Of a stretch of DNA of 55,630 nt, positions 1 through 9,679 are shown in pieces; within the stretch, counting starts at the first letter, position 1, and every line of letters begins with the position of its first letter. Below the pieces are notes generated by a model, which made no database searches, was not told the DNA's origin, and was given only the letters and a program-made list of their open reading frames with translations. Made by a program: the position numbers and the translations under genes. The stretch is from Candidatus Nomurabacteria bacterium (GTDB taxonomy: Bacteria > Patescibacteriota > Minisyncoccia > Phycocordibacterales > CAIJYI01). The stretch spans positions 54,473-110,102 of the forward strand of contig CALREZ010000002.1 of NCBI GenBank assembly GCA_943356445.1, read 5' to 3'.

Positions 1-411
1 GTCGTAGTTTCTCAGCGTTTGGTTCGCCGATTATGCGGCGCTAAAGAAAAATATCTGCCGAGCAAGGGAGAAATTGCCTCTCTTTCCAAAAGCATTGATA
101 TGGAGAGGGTTCTTGGTTTTTTGAAAGCGGAAAAAATAGTGAGAGAAGACCAGACGTGGGAAAACATTCCTTTTTATCGGGCAAAAAAAAGCCGCGAATG
201 CGAGAACGGATACACCGGGCGTATTATTATCCACGAAATTCTCAGAATGTCTTCGGCAATTAAAGAAATTATCTTAAAAGGAGGATCGTCCGATGAGATT
301 GAAAAACAGGCGAAAAGCGAAGGTATGATGTCTATGATAGAAGACGGAATTTTCAAAGCGGTACAAGGAATGACCACCATAGAAGAAGTATTGAGGGTTA
401 TTTCAGAATAA
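1..411 (+). CDS. pilB: GspE/PilB-family type IV pilus assembly ATPase, C-terminal fragment (5' end outside window)
   Basis: Frame 1 is open from nt 1 (VVVSQRLVRRLC..). It carries GspE-family C-terminal strings QRLVRRLC, GYTGRIIIHEIL and TTIEEVLRV. pilC follows 12 nt downstream. Confidence 0.85.
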   Translation, partial: VVVSQRLVRRLCGAKEKYLPSKGEIASLSKSIDMERVLGFLKAEKIVREDQTWENIPFYRAKKSRECENGYTGRIIIHEILRMSSAIKEIILKGGSSDEIEKQAKSEGMMSMIEDGIFKAVQGMTTIEEVLRVISE

Positions 412-423
412 AAATAAAATAAC

Positions 424-1638
424 GTGCCAACTTTTAATTACAAAGCAAAAACGGCGGAAGGACGGCTCACGGAAGGAGAGATGGAGGCAAAAGACAAATC
501 CGATCTGGTTTCCGCCATGAGAGAGAAGGGTCTCACGGTTATTTTTGCAAAAGAATTTTCCGAGAAAGCCCTTGATTTTGAGAAAATAAACCTCATGGTC
601 GCGCGCGTGAATCTGCGCGAGAAGATCGTTTTTACGCGTAATTTGAGCGCGATGCTCAGTTCTGGTATTGCACTTTCCCGCGCTCTGGAAATTTTGGAAA
701 AACAGACAAAAAATCCCAAGTTTAAAAAAATTATTCATAAACTCCTGACAGACATTGAATCGGGCGACTCTTTTTCCATCTCTCTAAAAAAACATCCGGC
801 GGTATTTTCCGCTTTGTTCGTTTCCATGATGCGCGCGGGGGAAGAGTCGGGAAGATTGGTGGAAGCGCTTGATGTCGTCGGGAAGCAGCTGGAACGGGGG
901 TACACTCTCCGAAAAAAAATAAAAAGCGCGATGATGTATCCTTCTATCGTATTTTTTGCGATGATCGTGATCGCCATCATTATGTTTATTTATGTTGTCC
1001 CGACGCTTACCTCCACTTTTAAAGAATTCAATATAGAACTTCCTTTGAGCACCAGGATCATTATGGGGGTCAGCGATTTTCTTGTTGCCAACACGGTTTC
1101 CGCGCTCTCTCTTCTTGCCGGCATCGTGGTTGCGTTTATGCTCGCGATCCGCACAAAGATAGGAATGAGGGTTTCTGATTTCGTTTCTCTTCATATCCCG
1201 GTTATCTCCGGGATTGTGAAGCAGTACAATGCCGCTCAGACGGCAAGAACATTATCCTCGCTCTTTTCTTCGGGGGTATCGGTCGTGGAAGCTCTCTCTA
1301 TTACGGAAGATGTCATGCAGAATTCCTATTACAAAACAGTTCTTTCAAAAGCAAAGGAAGTTATCCAAAAAGGAGTTCCTCTTTCTAATGTATTTTTAGA
1401 GAATGAAAACATTTACCCTCTTCTTGTCGGGGAAATGATGCAGGTAGGGGAGGAAACGGGAAAACTTGCGGAAATGCTGGAGAAGATCGCCGTCTTTTTT
1501 GAAGAAGAGGTTTCGGCTATTACCAAAGATCTTTCAACCGTTATTGAGCCGTTTCTCATGCTATTTATCGCAAGCGCTGTCGGATTTTTTGCCATTTCCA
1601 TGATTACGCCGATGTACACGCTGACAGCGAGTATTTAA
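424..1638 (+). CDS. pilC: Type IV pilus platform protein PilC (GspF family)
   Basis: 404 aa. A GTG start gives the family-typical N-terminus MPTFNYKA. Two GspF-type repeats (LSAMLSSGIALSRALE and LSSLFSSGVSVVEALS), TM segments and a C-terminal PMYTL. Confidence 0.9.
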   Translation: MPTFNYKAKTAEGRLTEGEMEAKDKSDLVSAMREKGLTVIFAKEFSEKALDFEKINLMVARVNLREKIVFTRNLSAMLSSGIALSRALEILEKQTKNPKFKKIIHKLLTDIESGDSFSISLKKHPAVFSALFVSMMRAGEESGRLVEALDVVGKQLERGYTLRKKIKSAMMYPSIVFFAMIVIAIIMFIYVVPTLTSTFKEFNIELPLSTRIIMGVSDFLVANTVSALSLLAGIVVAFMLAIRTKIGMRVSDFVSLHIPVISGIVKQYNAAQTARTLSSLFSSGVSVVEALSITEDVMQNSYYKTVLSKAKEVIQKGVPLSNVFLENENIYPLLVGEMMQVGEETGKLAEMLEKIAVFFEEEVSAITKDLSTVIEPFLMLFIASAVGFFAISMITPMYTLTASI

Positions 1639-1657
1639 TGAGTAAAATGTTTTTAGT

Positions 1658-3424
1658 ATGTCCTTACAAAAGAACCATCAGTCTGGTCTCTCTATTATTG
1701 AACTGCTTGTCGGTGTGGCTATTTTTACCATGGCTTTTTATGGTTTATTCGGGATTCTTCAGTCTTCCATGGCTGTGGTTGCAAAAAACAAGGCTCGTCT
1801 TGGCGCGATGGCTCTTGCGGAAGAACAAATTGAATACGTGAGGAGTCTTCCTTTTGCGAATGTCGGGACCGTGAACGGAAATCCGACCGGTATGCTCCCC
1901 CAAACGGAAACTGTTTCCTTGAATGGCATCTCGTACGTCAGACGCAATGCGATCTTTTGGGTGGATGATCCCGCCGATGGTACGGCTGTTTTGGGAAATG
2001 ATACTATCAGTACGGATTACAAACGAATCAAAGTTGAAGTCTCTTGGAATTTCAGAGGAAAGATATCGTCTTTTTCCACATCATCAAATATCACCCCGAA
2101 AGGGAAGGAAACAAATGTTCCTGGAGGGATTTTTAATTTTACCGTTTTTGATTACTACGGGCACGGTCTGCAGGGGGCGAAAATCAATATCTTTAAGACG
2201 GGGGTAATCAACGCCGATCGCTATACCGGCGCTGACGGAAAATGGTTTGAATACGGTGTTACGCCGGGTACGGGCTATCAGATTACGGTTTCAAAACCGA
2301 GTTACAGCACTTCTTCCACCTATTCCATTTCCTCCAGTTTGCCGAGTCCTGACCCCGGACATATGGGTTCGGTTGATGATCAAGTGAATCCTTTGAGTTT
2401 TCAGATAGATAAACTGAGCAGTAAAGAAATTTGGGTATACGATCGGCCGGCAGATTATTCCTTTAATGATACTTTTGCCGATTCTTCCGGCCTCGCCGAT
2501 CTTACTTCTATGACGGTTTCTTCGGGAAATCTTTCTCTTCATAATGACGGCGTAAATTACGATGCGATTGGTACGGCGCGTTCTATTGATATTGCTCCCG
2601 CAGATATTTACCAATGGACGCAGTTTTCTTGGAACGATACGAAACCTTCCGGTACGAATCTTTTATATCATGTTTATTCCAAAACTGGAGGTGTTTCCAA
2701 TTTGGTTCCTGATAGCGTTTTGCCCGGTAACGGAGCAGGATTTTTCGTTTCCCCCGTTGATCTCGCTTCTTTGAATAATGCTCCGTATGGCGTAACCACT
2801 TACTCTAACCTGAGTATCGGAGTTTCGGCGAGTACGCAAGATTCTCTTCTTACTCCGTCGGTGCAAGATTGGGTAGTAAGCTATAAACGCCATATTCCGA
2901 AAGGAAATTTCACTTTTCGCCTGCGCGGAGCAAAAACAATCGGCAAGGATTCATCCGGAAATTTTGTCTATAAGTACGACAAGAATATCACCACGGATGC
3001 TTCGGGGTATGTAAAAATATCACCTTTGGAGTGGGATACCTATGATGCGTCTTCCGGCAGTTTTGATATCTCCGAATCTTGTCCTCCTCAGCCGAATCTC
3101 GTTACTCCCGATACTGCGGCAAAAGTCTTCATAGATTTTTATACGCGCACAACCAATTCGCTTTTGGTCAGAGTGGTAAATAATACAGGGGCAGAACAAA
3201 CAAATGCTCTCGTCCGCCTTTACCGAAATTCTCCTTCATACAATGATCAAAAAATGGTCGGAAAAAGATGCGCTCAAATTTTTTGGCCCAATTTGACGGA
3301 AGGGAGGTCTTCGTTGGGAAGCGGATATTCTATTGACGCGAGCATCCCTCCTTTTGTAAGCACGACCACGGTTACGGGAGTAAACGTTTCTGGCGCTTCA
3401 AAAGTAACGATAACGCTTGATTAA
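1658..3424 (+). CDS. Large pseudopilin (prepilin-type N-terminal cleavage/methylation domain protein)
   Basis: The N-terminus KNHQSG/LSIIELLVGVAIF matches the type IV prepilin signal (G, then hydrophobic helix with E at +5). 588 aa. Internal segments such as GAKINIFKTGVINADRYTGADGKWFEYGVTPGTGYQITVSKPSY look like carboxypeptidase-regulatory-type beta sandwiches. Confidence 0.75.
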   Translation: MSLQKNHQSGLSIIELLVGVAIFTMAFYGLFGILQSSMAVVAKNKARLGAMALAEEQIEYVRSLPFANVGTVNGNPTGMLPQTETVSLNGISYVRRNAIFWVDDPADGTAVLGNDTISTDYKRIKVEVSWNFRGKISSFSTSSNITPKGKETNVPGGIFNFTVFDYYGHGLQGAKINIFKTGVINADRYTGADGKWFEYGVTPGTGYQITVSKPSYSTSSTYSISSSLPSPDPGHMGSVDDQVNPLSFQIDKLSSKEIWVYDRPADYSFNDTFADSSGLADLTSMTVSSGNLSLHNDGVNYDAIGTARSIDIAPADIYQWTQFSWNDTKPSGTNLLYHVYSKTGGVSNLVPDSVLPGNGAGFFVSPVDLASLNNAPYGVTTYSNLSIGVSASTQDSLLTPSVQDWVVSYKRHIPKGNFTFRLRGAKTIGKDSSGNFVYKYDKNITTDASGYVKISPLEWDTYDASSGSFDISESCPPQPNLVTPDTAAKVFIDFYTRTTNSLLVRVVNNTGAEQTNALVRLYRNSPSYNDQKMVGKRCAQIFWPNLTEGRSSLGSGYSIDASIPPFVSTTTVTGVNVSGASKVTITLD

Positions 3425-3426
3425 AA

Positions 3427-4038
3427 ATGAATTTTTCAGCAAGAAAAACAAAACGAAATACAGGATTGTCTCTTATAGAGGCGCTGGTATATATTGCAAT
3501 CTTTACGGTCGTGATGAGCATTATCCTTCAGTCGGTTATTTCGTTTTACCAAACCAATCGCTATACGCTGGAACAAATGAACCAGCTTGATATTGCCCGA
3601 AAAGGCGTTAATACGCTGGTTGTCGGAATTCGCGGAGCAAGATATTCCGCTTCTGGAGCTTATCCGATAGAGAACGGAGGAGCGAACGGTATTACTTTTT
3701 ATACCGATATAGACAATGACTCTGTCGTGGAAAAAGTGCGATATTTTTTGAATGGAACCGCTCTTCAGAGAGGAATAATCAAACCTTCCGGTCTCCCCCC
3801 GGCGTATACCGGCAGCGAAGCGATTTCTACGGTTGCGCAGTATGTCCGAAATGATGCGGCCAATGCTATTTTTCAGTATTACGACACCACGGGCGCTCTT
3901 ATGACAATTCCTCCTGTCGCTATCAACGTGCGTTTTGTGAAAGTTGACCTAATCGTAAACGTCAATCCTCTGACCATGCCCAATGAATTCACTCTCCATT
4001 CCAGCGCGACGATACGAAACGTAAAGAATAATTTATAA
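3427..4038 (+). CDS. Pseudopilin (prepilin-type N-terminal cleavage/methylation domain protein)
   Basis: N-terminus KRNTG/LSLIEALVYIAIFTVV is a canonical prepilin signal. 203 aa. It starts 3 nt after the previous stop. Confidence 0.75.
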   Translation: MNFSARKTKRNTGLSLIEALVYIAIFTVVMSIILQSVISFYQTNRYTLEQMNQLDIARKGVNTLVVGIRGARYSASGAYPIENGGANGITFYTDIDNDSVVEKVRYFLNGTALQRGIIKPSGLPPAYTGSEAISTVAQYVRNDAANAIFQYYDTTGALMTIPPVAINVRFVKVDLIVNVNPLTMPNEFTLHSSATIRNVKNNL

Positions 4039-4046
4039 AAGTTTTT

Positions 4047-5558
4047 ATGAAATTCCAAAAAACATCCGGTTCTCTTTCCATAACCGTCCTTGTGTTTGTT
4101 TCCATCTTTGTTATGGTTTTTGTCGGCCTTGCCAGCCTTTCTCTAAGTCAAAGCCGTATTCAAAGAGAAAAAGAGCAAGGATTGTCTTCGCTTGAAATTG
4201 CCGAGGCCGGTTTTGACTACTACAAATGGTTTCTTTCTCATTATCCCGACGATCTGAAAGATGGAACCGGTCACGCGGGGCCGTATGTTCATGATTACGT
4301 TGACCCGGAATCTTCTTCTGCCGGTAAATTTTCTTTGCAGGTTTCCGGCGATATTCAATGCGGGCAAACGATGCGCGTAGATATTACCTCAACGGGCTGG
4401 ACGAACCAAAACCCCAGATTGAAAAAAGTCATTTACGGAAGCTATGCTCGCCCCTCCTCTGCCTCTTACTCTTACATTACCGACGCTGCCGTTCTTGCCG
4501 GGCCGGATCGCGTGGTTTATGGGCCGTTCCACTCAAATGGCGGAGTTAATTTTCAAGGACATAATTATTCATCCGTTACTTCGCAACAAACAACATGGGA
4601 CTGTACGAGTGATTATGATTGCAGTCCCCACAATCCGACCGCTCCGGGCGTCATGGGTACCGGTGGTTCGCAATCTCTTTGGAGGTGGCCCGTTCCGAAG
4701 ATAGATTTTGCCATTCTTGATCAGAACATCATGCATGTTTACAGTTCCAGCACTTCTTCGCGAACCCCCTCTGTTTGTACGGCGGGGCAAACCCTGGGCT
4801 GCTATTTCCCCCGCACGACCAAAAAAGGATATCATGTGATTATGAAATCCGATGGTACTTTTGATCTCTATCGTGTTGATAGCGCCGAGTCAATACCGGG
4901 ATGTCTTGCGACGGGTTCCTGCGGCGATTGTTCCGGAACATGGGGTATCGAGGATTCAGTAATTACCAACGACGGCTCGGGCGGGTCTTGTCCTTACACT
5001 CCAAAATCTTCCGCGCAGACTTTTATCGGAACCTATACTCCTCCGACGTCTTGCCGAGTTTTGTATTTTGACGACAATGTCTGGCTTGAGGGGACGGTAA
5101 AAAATAAAGTAACGATTATCGCCGCGAGCAGCACCTCTTCGCTTGACCCCGATATTTTTATTCGGAACAACATTTTGTATTCAACGAATAACGGAACGGA
5201 CGGACTGACTGCTGTTGCGGAAGATTCTATCGTTATTCCCCTGGATTCGCCGACCAATCTGGATATTCATGGAATTTTTGTCGCGCAAAAAGGAAGTTTT
5301 GGGAGAAAATACTACACGAGCGGCGGAAATTCTTGCGGTCATGACGTGGCGAATAAATATGACTCTTGCATCATGCAAGACACCATGAAGATATTCGGAA
5401 GCGTTGTTTCCAAAGGACGCGTCGGGACAAAATGGGGGAATGTTTCGGGATACAGCTATCGGGAAGACAACTACGACACGTCTCTCGTCCTAAGCCCGCC
5501 TCCGTTCACGCCTTATACGAGCGATCAATATCAGTTCATTCAGTGGAATCAGAAGTAG
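4047..5558 (+). CDS. Pilus-associated protein with PilX-like N-terminal anchor, Cys-rich
   Basis: 503 aa. N-terminal hydrophobic segment SLSITVLVFVSIFVMVFVGLASL, but no clear G/FxxxE cleavage motif. Many Cys in the central part. Last gene of the pilus gene string. Confidence 0.5.
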   Translation: MKFQKTSGSLSITVLVFVSIFVMVFVGLASLSLSQSRIQREKEQGLSSLEIAEAGFDYYKWFLSHYPDDLKDGTGHAGPYVHDYVDPESSSAGKFSLQVSGDIQCGQTMRVDITSTGWTNQNPRLKKVIYGSYARPSSASYSYITDAAVLAGPDRVVYGPFHSNGGVNFQGHNYSSVTSQQTTWDCTSDYDCSPHNPTAPGVMGTGGSQSLWRWPVPKIDFAILDQNIMHVYSSSTSSRTPSVCTAGQTLGCYFPRTTKKGYHVIMKSDGTFDLYRVDSAESIPGCLATGSCGDCSGTWGIEDSVITNDGSGGSCPYTPKSSAQTFIGTYTPPTSCRVLYFDDNVWLEGTVKNKVTIIAASSTSSLDPDIFIRNNILYSTNNGTDGLTAVAEDSIVIPLDSPTNLDIHGIFVAQKGSFGRKYYTSGGNSCGHDVANKYDSCIMQDTMKIFGSVVSKGRVGTKWGNVSGYSYREDNYDTSLVLSPPPFTPYTSDQYQFIQWNQK

Positions 5559-5589
5559 CGTGGGTAAGAATAAAGAAAAAAGCAATAAG

Positions 5590-5622
5590 AAAAAAGGAAC
5601 GGCCATCGTCGTCCCTTTTTTT
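5590..5622 (+). terminator. Possible intrinsic terminator after the pilus genes
   Basis: aaaaaaggaacg..cgtccctttttttg forms an imperfect stem (one mismatch) followed by a T-run. Confidence 0.4.
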
Positions 5623-5697
5623 GTTGTTTTTTTGCTTTATTCTTTTTTCTGTGCGTTATATAATCAAGTGAGCGTTAAAAACTAATTCACATATTCA

Positions 5698-6042
5698 ATG
5701 GAATCAATGGAAAATACACCGGCGCAACAGGAAACTTTTGCGCAGGGTCCGAAAAGCGAAACGGTAGAAAAAGCTCTTTCCGCCATGAAAGAACTTCGCG
5801 CGGATTTTGAACTCGCCAAGACCAATCCGAACATGAAGGTGCAGGATCTGGCACTGTATGAGTTTCCAAAAATGATGGCGGCCATTCGCGCCGTTGAAGA
5901 GGAAAATTTGGTTCGCAAAGAAAAAGGGGAACTTGAATTTCGTTTGGAAGAAACTCCGGAATACAAAGGAATGAAACCTTTTGGGCTCACCGAAAAGCAT
6001 ATGGAAAGACAAAGAGAATTAGCTGAACAGTATAAGAAATAA
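5698..6042 (+). CDS. Hypothetical protein (114 aa, charged, helical)
   Basis: Clean ORF in the same orientation as its neighbours. No recognisable motif. Confidence 0.5.
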   Translation: MESMENTPAQQETFAQGPKSETVEKALSAMKELRADFELAKTNPNMKVQDLALYEFPKMMAAIRAVEEENLVRKEKGELEFRLEETPEYKGMKPFGLTEKHMERQRELAEQYKK

Positions 6043-6056
6043 ATACTTTAGCATAA

Positions 6057-6824
6057 ATGAAGCAAAAACAACTTATCATCGGCAACTGGAAGATGAACCC
6101 TCGCACGGTTTTAGAGGCTCAAAAGTTGTTTGATGACATTAAAAAAGAAGTCGCGGTTTTTCAAGGAACGGACGTTGCTGTCTGCCCGCCTTTCGTTTTT
6201 CTTTCGGGACTTTCAGCTCTTAATTCCGGAAAAGAGATCTCGCTTGGCGCGCAGAATGTTTCTTCCGAGGAAGAGGGCGCTTGTACGGGAGAGATTTCGG
6301 TCGGCATGCTCAAAACTCTTTCCGTAAAATTTGCAATCATCGGACATTCTGAACGCCGTGCAATGGGGGAGACTGATGAAATGGTTTCAAAAAAAGTTGT
6401 CGCAGCGGTTAAAGCCGGACTTACGGCTGTTTTGTGTGTTGGAGAGCGGGAACGCGATCATGAAAGCGCTTTTCTCCAAATTCTGAAAGAACAAATCATT
6501 GCTTCTCTCTCGGGGATATCCGAACGACAGTTAAAAAATGTCGTTATTGCCTATGAACCCGTATGGGCTATCGGAGCAAAAGCAAAAGGAGTGGTAGAAC
6601 CCGAAGCGTTGCTGGAAACGATTATTTTTATCCGAAAAGTCTTAAGTGATCTGTATAGCCAAAAAACAGCGCACGCCATGAAAATTTTGTACGGCGGTTC
6701 CGTTGATGAAAAGAACGCCGGTAGTTTTCTCAAAGAAGGCGGAGCGAACGGACTTTTGGTCGGAAGAGCGAGTCTTAATGCCAAGAAATTCGTTGAAATT
6801 TTGAAAATAGCGGATAATATATAA
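6057..6824 (+). CDS. tpiA: Triosephosphate isomerase
   Basis: IIGNWKMN near the N-terminus, IIGHSERR, AYEPVWAIG and YGGSV motifs. 255 aa. Confidence 0.93.
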   Translation: MKQKQLIIGNWKMNPRTVLEAQKLFDDIKKEVAVFQGTDVAVCPPFVFLSGLSALNSGKEISLGAQNVSSEEEGACTGEISVGMLKTLSVKFAIIGHSERRAMGETDEMVSKKVVAAVKAGLTAVLCVGERERDHESAFLQILKEQIIASLSGISERQLKNVVIAYEPVWAIGAKAKGVVEPEALLETIIFIRKVLSDLYSQKTAHAMKILYGGSVDEKNAGSFLKEGGANGLLVGRASLNAKKFVEILKIADNI

Positions 6825-6826
6825 AA

Positions 6827-6966
6827 AATTTTCAATTTACAATTTTTAATTTTTAATGAATTTTCAAATAAAAATTTTCAAACACAACGGTACCGTTCGG
6901 GTTTGAAAATTTTAACATTGACACATTGCAAATTGATTGAAAATTAAAAATTGTAAATTGAAAATT
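6827..6966. repeat. Nested AT-rich palindromic element between tpiA and pgk
   Basis: Perfect 27-bp inverted arms (6827-6853 aattttcaatttacaatttttaatttt versus 6940-6966). Inner perfect 13-bp arms (6871-6883 versus 6901-6913). Core 12-nt palindrome aacggtaccgtt (6886-6897). Confidence 0.85.
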
Positions 6967-6976
6967 AAAAAACTGT

Positions 6977-8104
6977 ATGAACTTGCCAAACATTACCGAA
7001 GCAAAAGATTTAAAAGGAAAGCGCGTACTTCTTCGCGTGGATTTCAACGTTCCTGTTAAAGAGGGCGTCGTTTCTGATGATTTTCGGATACGAAAAACGA
7101 TACCGACGATCCGGTTTTTGAAGAACACTGGGGCGAGGGTCATTATTTTGAGCCATATTGGAAGGGAGAAGACCGACACCCTGCGTCCGGTATCGGAAAA
7201 ACTCGGACAGAGCATTTCGCATGTTTTTGTGGAAGATTTTGAATCAGAAGAAGGAAGGAAACTTCTTAATTCTTTGGATAATGGCGAAATCGCTTTGATT
7301 GAAAACTTACGGAAATGGGACGGGGAAAAGAACAGTGATAAAAAATTCGCTGAATCCATCGCTGTTTTTGGAGATATTTTTGTGAACGAGGCCTTTGCCG
7401 TCTCTCATCGCAAAGATGCTTCGGTTTTTGAACTGCCGAAATTGCTCCCGTCATATTTCGGGCCGCTTTTTGCGGAAGAAGTGCAAAATCTTTCCCGCGC
7501 TTTTAAAACGGAACATCCGTTTCTGTTTATCCTCGGCGGAGCAAAGTTTGAAACGAAGATGCCTCTTATTGAAAAATATCTTGATACTGCGGATATGGTC
7601 TTTGTCGGCGGAGCGCTCGCGAATACTTTTTATAAAATGAAAGGGTGCGAGATTGGAACTTCCGTTTGTGATGAAACGACTGTTGGAATGGAATCTTTGC
7701 TGGATAACAAGAAACTCCTCCTTCCCCTTGACGTTGTTGTTGACGGGCCATCGGGAAAAATAGTGCGATCCCGCAATGAAGTATTGTCTGCTGAAAAAAT
7801 AGAAGACGACGGCCCGGAAACGGTTAAAATGCTGGAAGACCTCATTTCAAAAGCGAAATTCATTCTCTGGAACGGTCCGCTTGGATACTACGAGGGAGGT
7901 TTTGATGATGCAACGCTTGCCGTTGCCTCCGCTCTCTCAAAGTCTTCTGCCGAAGTTATCGTCGGAGGAGGGGATACGGTCGCGGCGATAGAGCGACTGG
8001 AGATAAAAAACCCTAATATCTTTGTTTCCACCGGAGGAGGGGCGATGTTAGATTTTCTTTCCAGTGGAACCTTGCCGGGAATTGACGCGATTATGAAAAA
8101 ATAG
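6977..8104 (+). CDS. pgk: Phosphoglycerate kinase
   Basis: LLRVDFNVP N-terminal motif, FVNEAFAVSHR, and GGGDT plus STGGGA C-terminal motifs. 375 aa. Confidence 0.93.
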   Translation: MNLPNITEAKDLKGKRVLLRVDFNVPVKEGVVSDDFRIRKTIPTIRFLKNTGARVIILSHIGREKTDTLRPVSEKLGQSISHVFVEDFESEEGRKLLNSLDNGEIALIENLRKWDGEKNSDKKFAESIAVFGDIFVNEAFAVSHRKDASVFELPKLLPSYFGPLFAEEVQNLSRAFKTEHPFLFILGGAKFETKMPLIEKYLDTADMVFVGGALANTFYKMKGCEIGTSVCDETTVGMESLLDNKKLLLPLDVVVDGPSGKIVRSRNEVLSAEKIEDDGPETVKMLEDLISKAKFILWNGPLGYYEGGFDDATLAVASALSKSSAEVIVGGGDTVAAIERLEIKNPNIFVSTGGGAMLDFLSSGTLPGIDAIMKK

Positions 8105-8112
8105 AAAGTTTT

Positions 8113-8148
8113 AAAAAACTTCGCACTTTCCTTGTCGCGAGGTTTTTT
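8113..8148 (+). terminator. Intrinsic terminator after pgk
   Basis: aaaaaacttcgc / gcgaggtttttt gives an 11-12 bp stem with one G-U pair, a 12-nt loop and a T-run. Confidence 0.6.
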
Positions 8149-8241
8149 GATCCTTTGCTGGTAAGTCTATACAAAGAGTATTTTCCATGGTAGAACAATT
8201 CCAGAGAGGTTTTTTACATTTCACCATAGAGGAGAAAACTG

Positions 8242-9561
8242 ATGGATATTTCATCAAATGATTTTGCTCGGGATTTGATTCGCTTTATTGATGCGAGTCC
8301 GACGCCTTTTCATGCGGTTCGCGAGGTCAAAAGACGGTTGGACGAAGCGGGATTTCATGAGTTGAAAGAGTCGGAACGCTGGGCTTTAGACGGGAAGAAA
8401 CACTACGTGATTCGTGGAGGTTCTTCCCTTATTGCTTTTGTTCTCGGTTCTGAAACACAACCCTGTCATTCCGGCTTCAAAATTATCGGCGCTCATACCG
8501 ATAGCCCGACCTTGAAACTTAAACCTCGTTATCGCTATGAACAATCCGGATGTTTTCAATTTGGGGTTGAACCCTACGGCGGAGGCATATGGAGAACATG
8601 GCTAGATCGCGACCTTTTTATCGCCGGACGAGTGGTAACGCAGAAACCGGACGGCACGATATCCTCTCACCTCGTTCGCCTTGATGATATGATTCTAAGC
8701 ATTCCCGGACAAGCGATACATTTGCAACGTGACGTAAATGAAAAGGGAGAGATTAACAGTCAAACTGACATCCCTCCTATTGCGGCGCTGGAAAATATTG
8801 AAAATTTGGAACAGCTCAATAAAATGCTCCTTTTTGGCCCCACAGCCAACAGGAGAGTTACCTCATCTTCCTTATTTCTTTGTGATACTCAAAAAGGGAT
8901 AATCTCCGGAATAAATGGAGAATTCATTCGTGTTGGACGACTGGACGATCTCGCCTCTTGTCATCAAGCTCTTGCGGCGCTCATTCGTTCCGAGAAAACC
9001 CCCTCAACGTGCGTTGTTTCTTTATATGATAATGAGGAAGTGGGAAGCGAAAGCGCTCAGGGCGCCGGAGGCCCGTTCTTATTGAATGTGTTGGAACGTC
9101 TTGTTGAAACCGCTGCCGGAGTGTTCAGAAAGAATGATTTTCAAAGAGTTTTGTCAAAGTCTTTTTGTATCTCTGCGGATATGGCCCACGCCACGCACCC
9201 GAATCATATGGACAAACACGAGATTCGTCATACCATTAGAGTTGGAAGCGGTCCCGTTATCAAATGGAATGCAGACCAACACTATGCGACAAGCGATATT
9301 ACTTCGGCTGTTTTTTACAACCTCTGCCGTCTTTCCGGTGTAAAATACCAAGTATTCGTTTCCCGTTCCGACTTACGCTGCGGTTCCACTATCGGGCCGA
9401 TTATGGCAACAAGGCTTGGCATACCGGTCGTTGACGTCGGAATCCCCATGTTCGCGATGCACAGCATTCGCGAACAATGCGGGGTGGAAGACCACTTTGC
9501 GATGGAAAAAGTGTTTGAAACATTTTTTTCACGAGGGCAAGAAAAAGTTATTGAAGAGTAA
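8242..9561 (+). CDS. M18-family aminopeptidase (aspartyl aminopeptidase-like)
   Basis: FIDASPTPFHAV and IGAHTDSPTLKLKP near the N-terminus, and DNEEVGS. 439 aa. GAGGAG ribosome-binding site upstream. Confidence 0.85.
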   Translation: MDISSNDFARDLIRFIDASPTPFHAVREVKRRLDEAGFHELKESERWALDGKKHYVIRGGSSLIAFVLGSETQPCHSGFKIIGAHTDSPTLKLKPRYRYEQSGCFQFGVEPYGGGIWRTWLDRDLFIAGRVVTQKPDGTISSHLVRLDDMILSIPGQAIHLQRDVNEKGEINSQTDIPPIAALENIENLEQLNKMLLFGPTANRRVTSSSLFLCDTQKGIISGINGEFIRVGRLDDLASCHQALAALIRSEKTPSTCVVSLYDNEEVGSESAQGAGGPFLLNVLERLVETAAGVFRKNDFQRVLSKSFCISADMAHATHPNHMDKHEIRHTIRVGSGPVIKWNADQHYATSDITSAVFYNLCRLSGVKYQVFVSRSDLRCGSTIGPIMATRLGIPVVDVGIPMFAMHSIREQCGVEDHFAMEKVFETFFSRGQEKVIEE

Positions 9562-9572
9562 TGATATTTGTC

Positions 9573-9606
9573 AACTTCGCGCCGACTCGGCGCGAAGTTT
9601 TTTATT
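9573..9606 (+). terminator. Intrinsic terminator after the M18 peptidase gene
   Basis: aacttcgcgccg act cggcgcgaagtt gives a perfect 12-bp stem followed by tttttt. Confidence 0.8.
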
Positions 9607-9679
9607 GCGCGTTTTTTTAAAAGAGTTTATACTTACCCTTATAAGCGTTTTGTTTTAATCATAAACCAAAAAAGACACC

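Noticed and set aside
6853-7359. 168-aa minus-strand ORF spanning the tpiA-pgk palindrome and the 5' part of pgk
   Set aside because: It runs through the AT-rich palindrome and antisense to pgk, and has no motif. It is an artefact of low stop-codon density.
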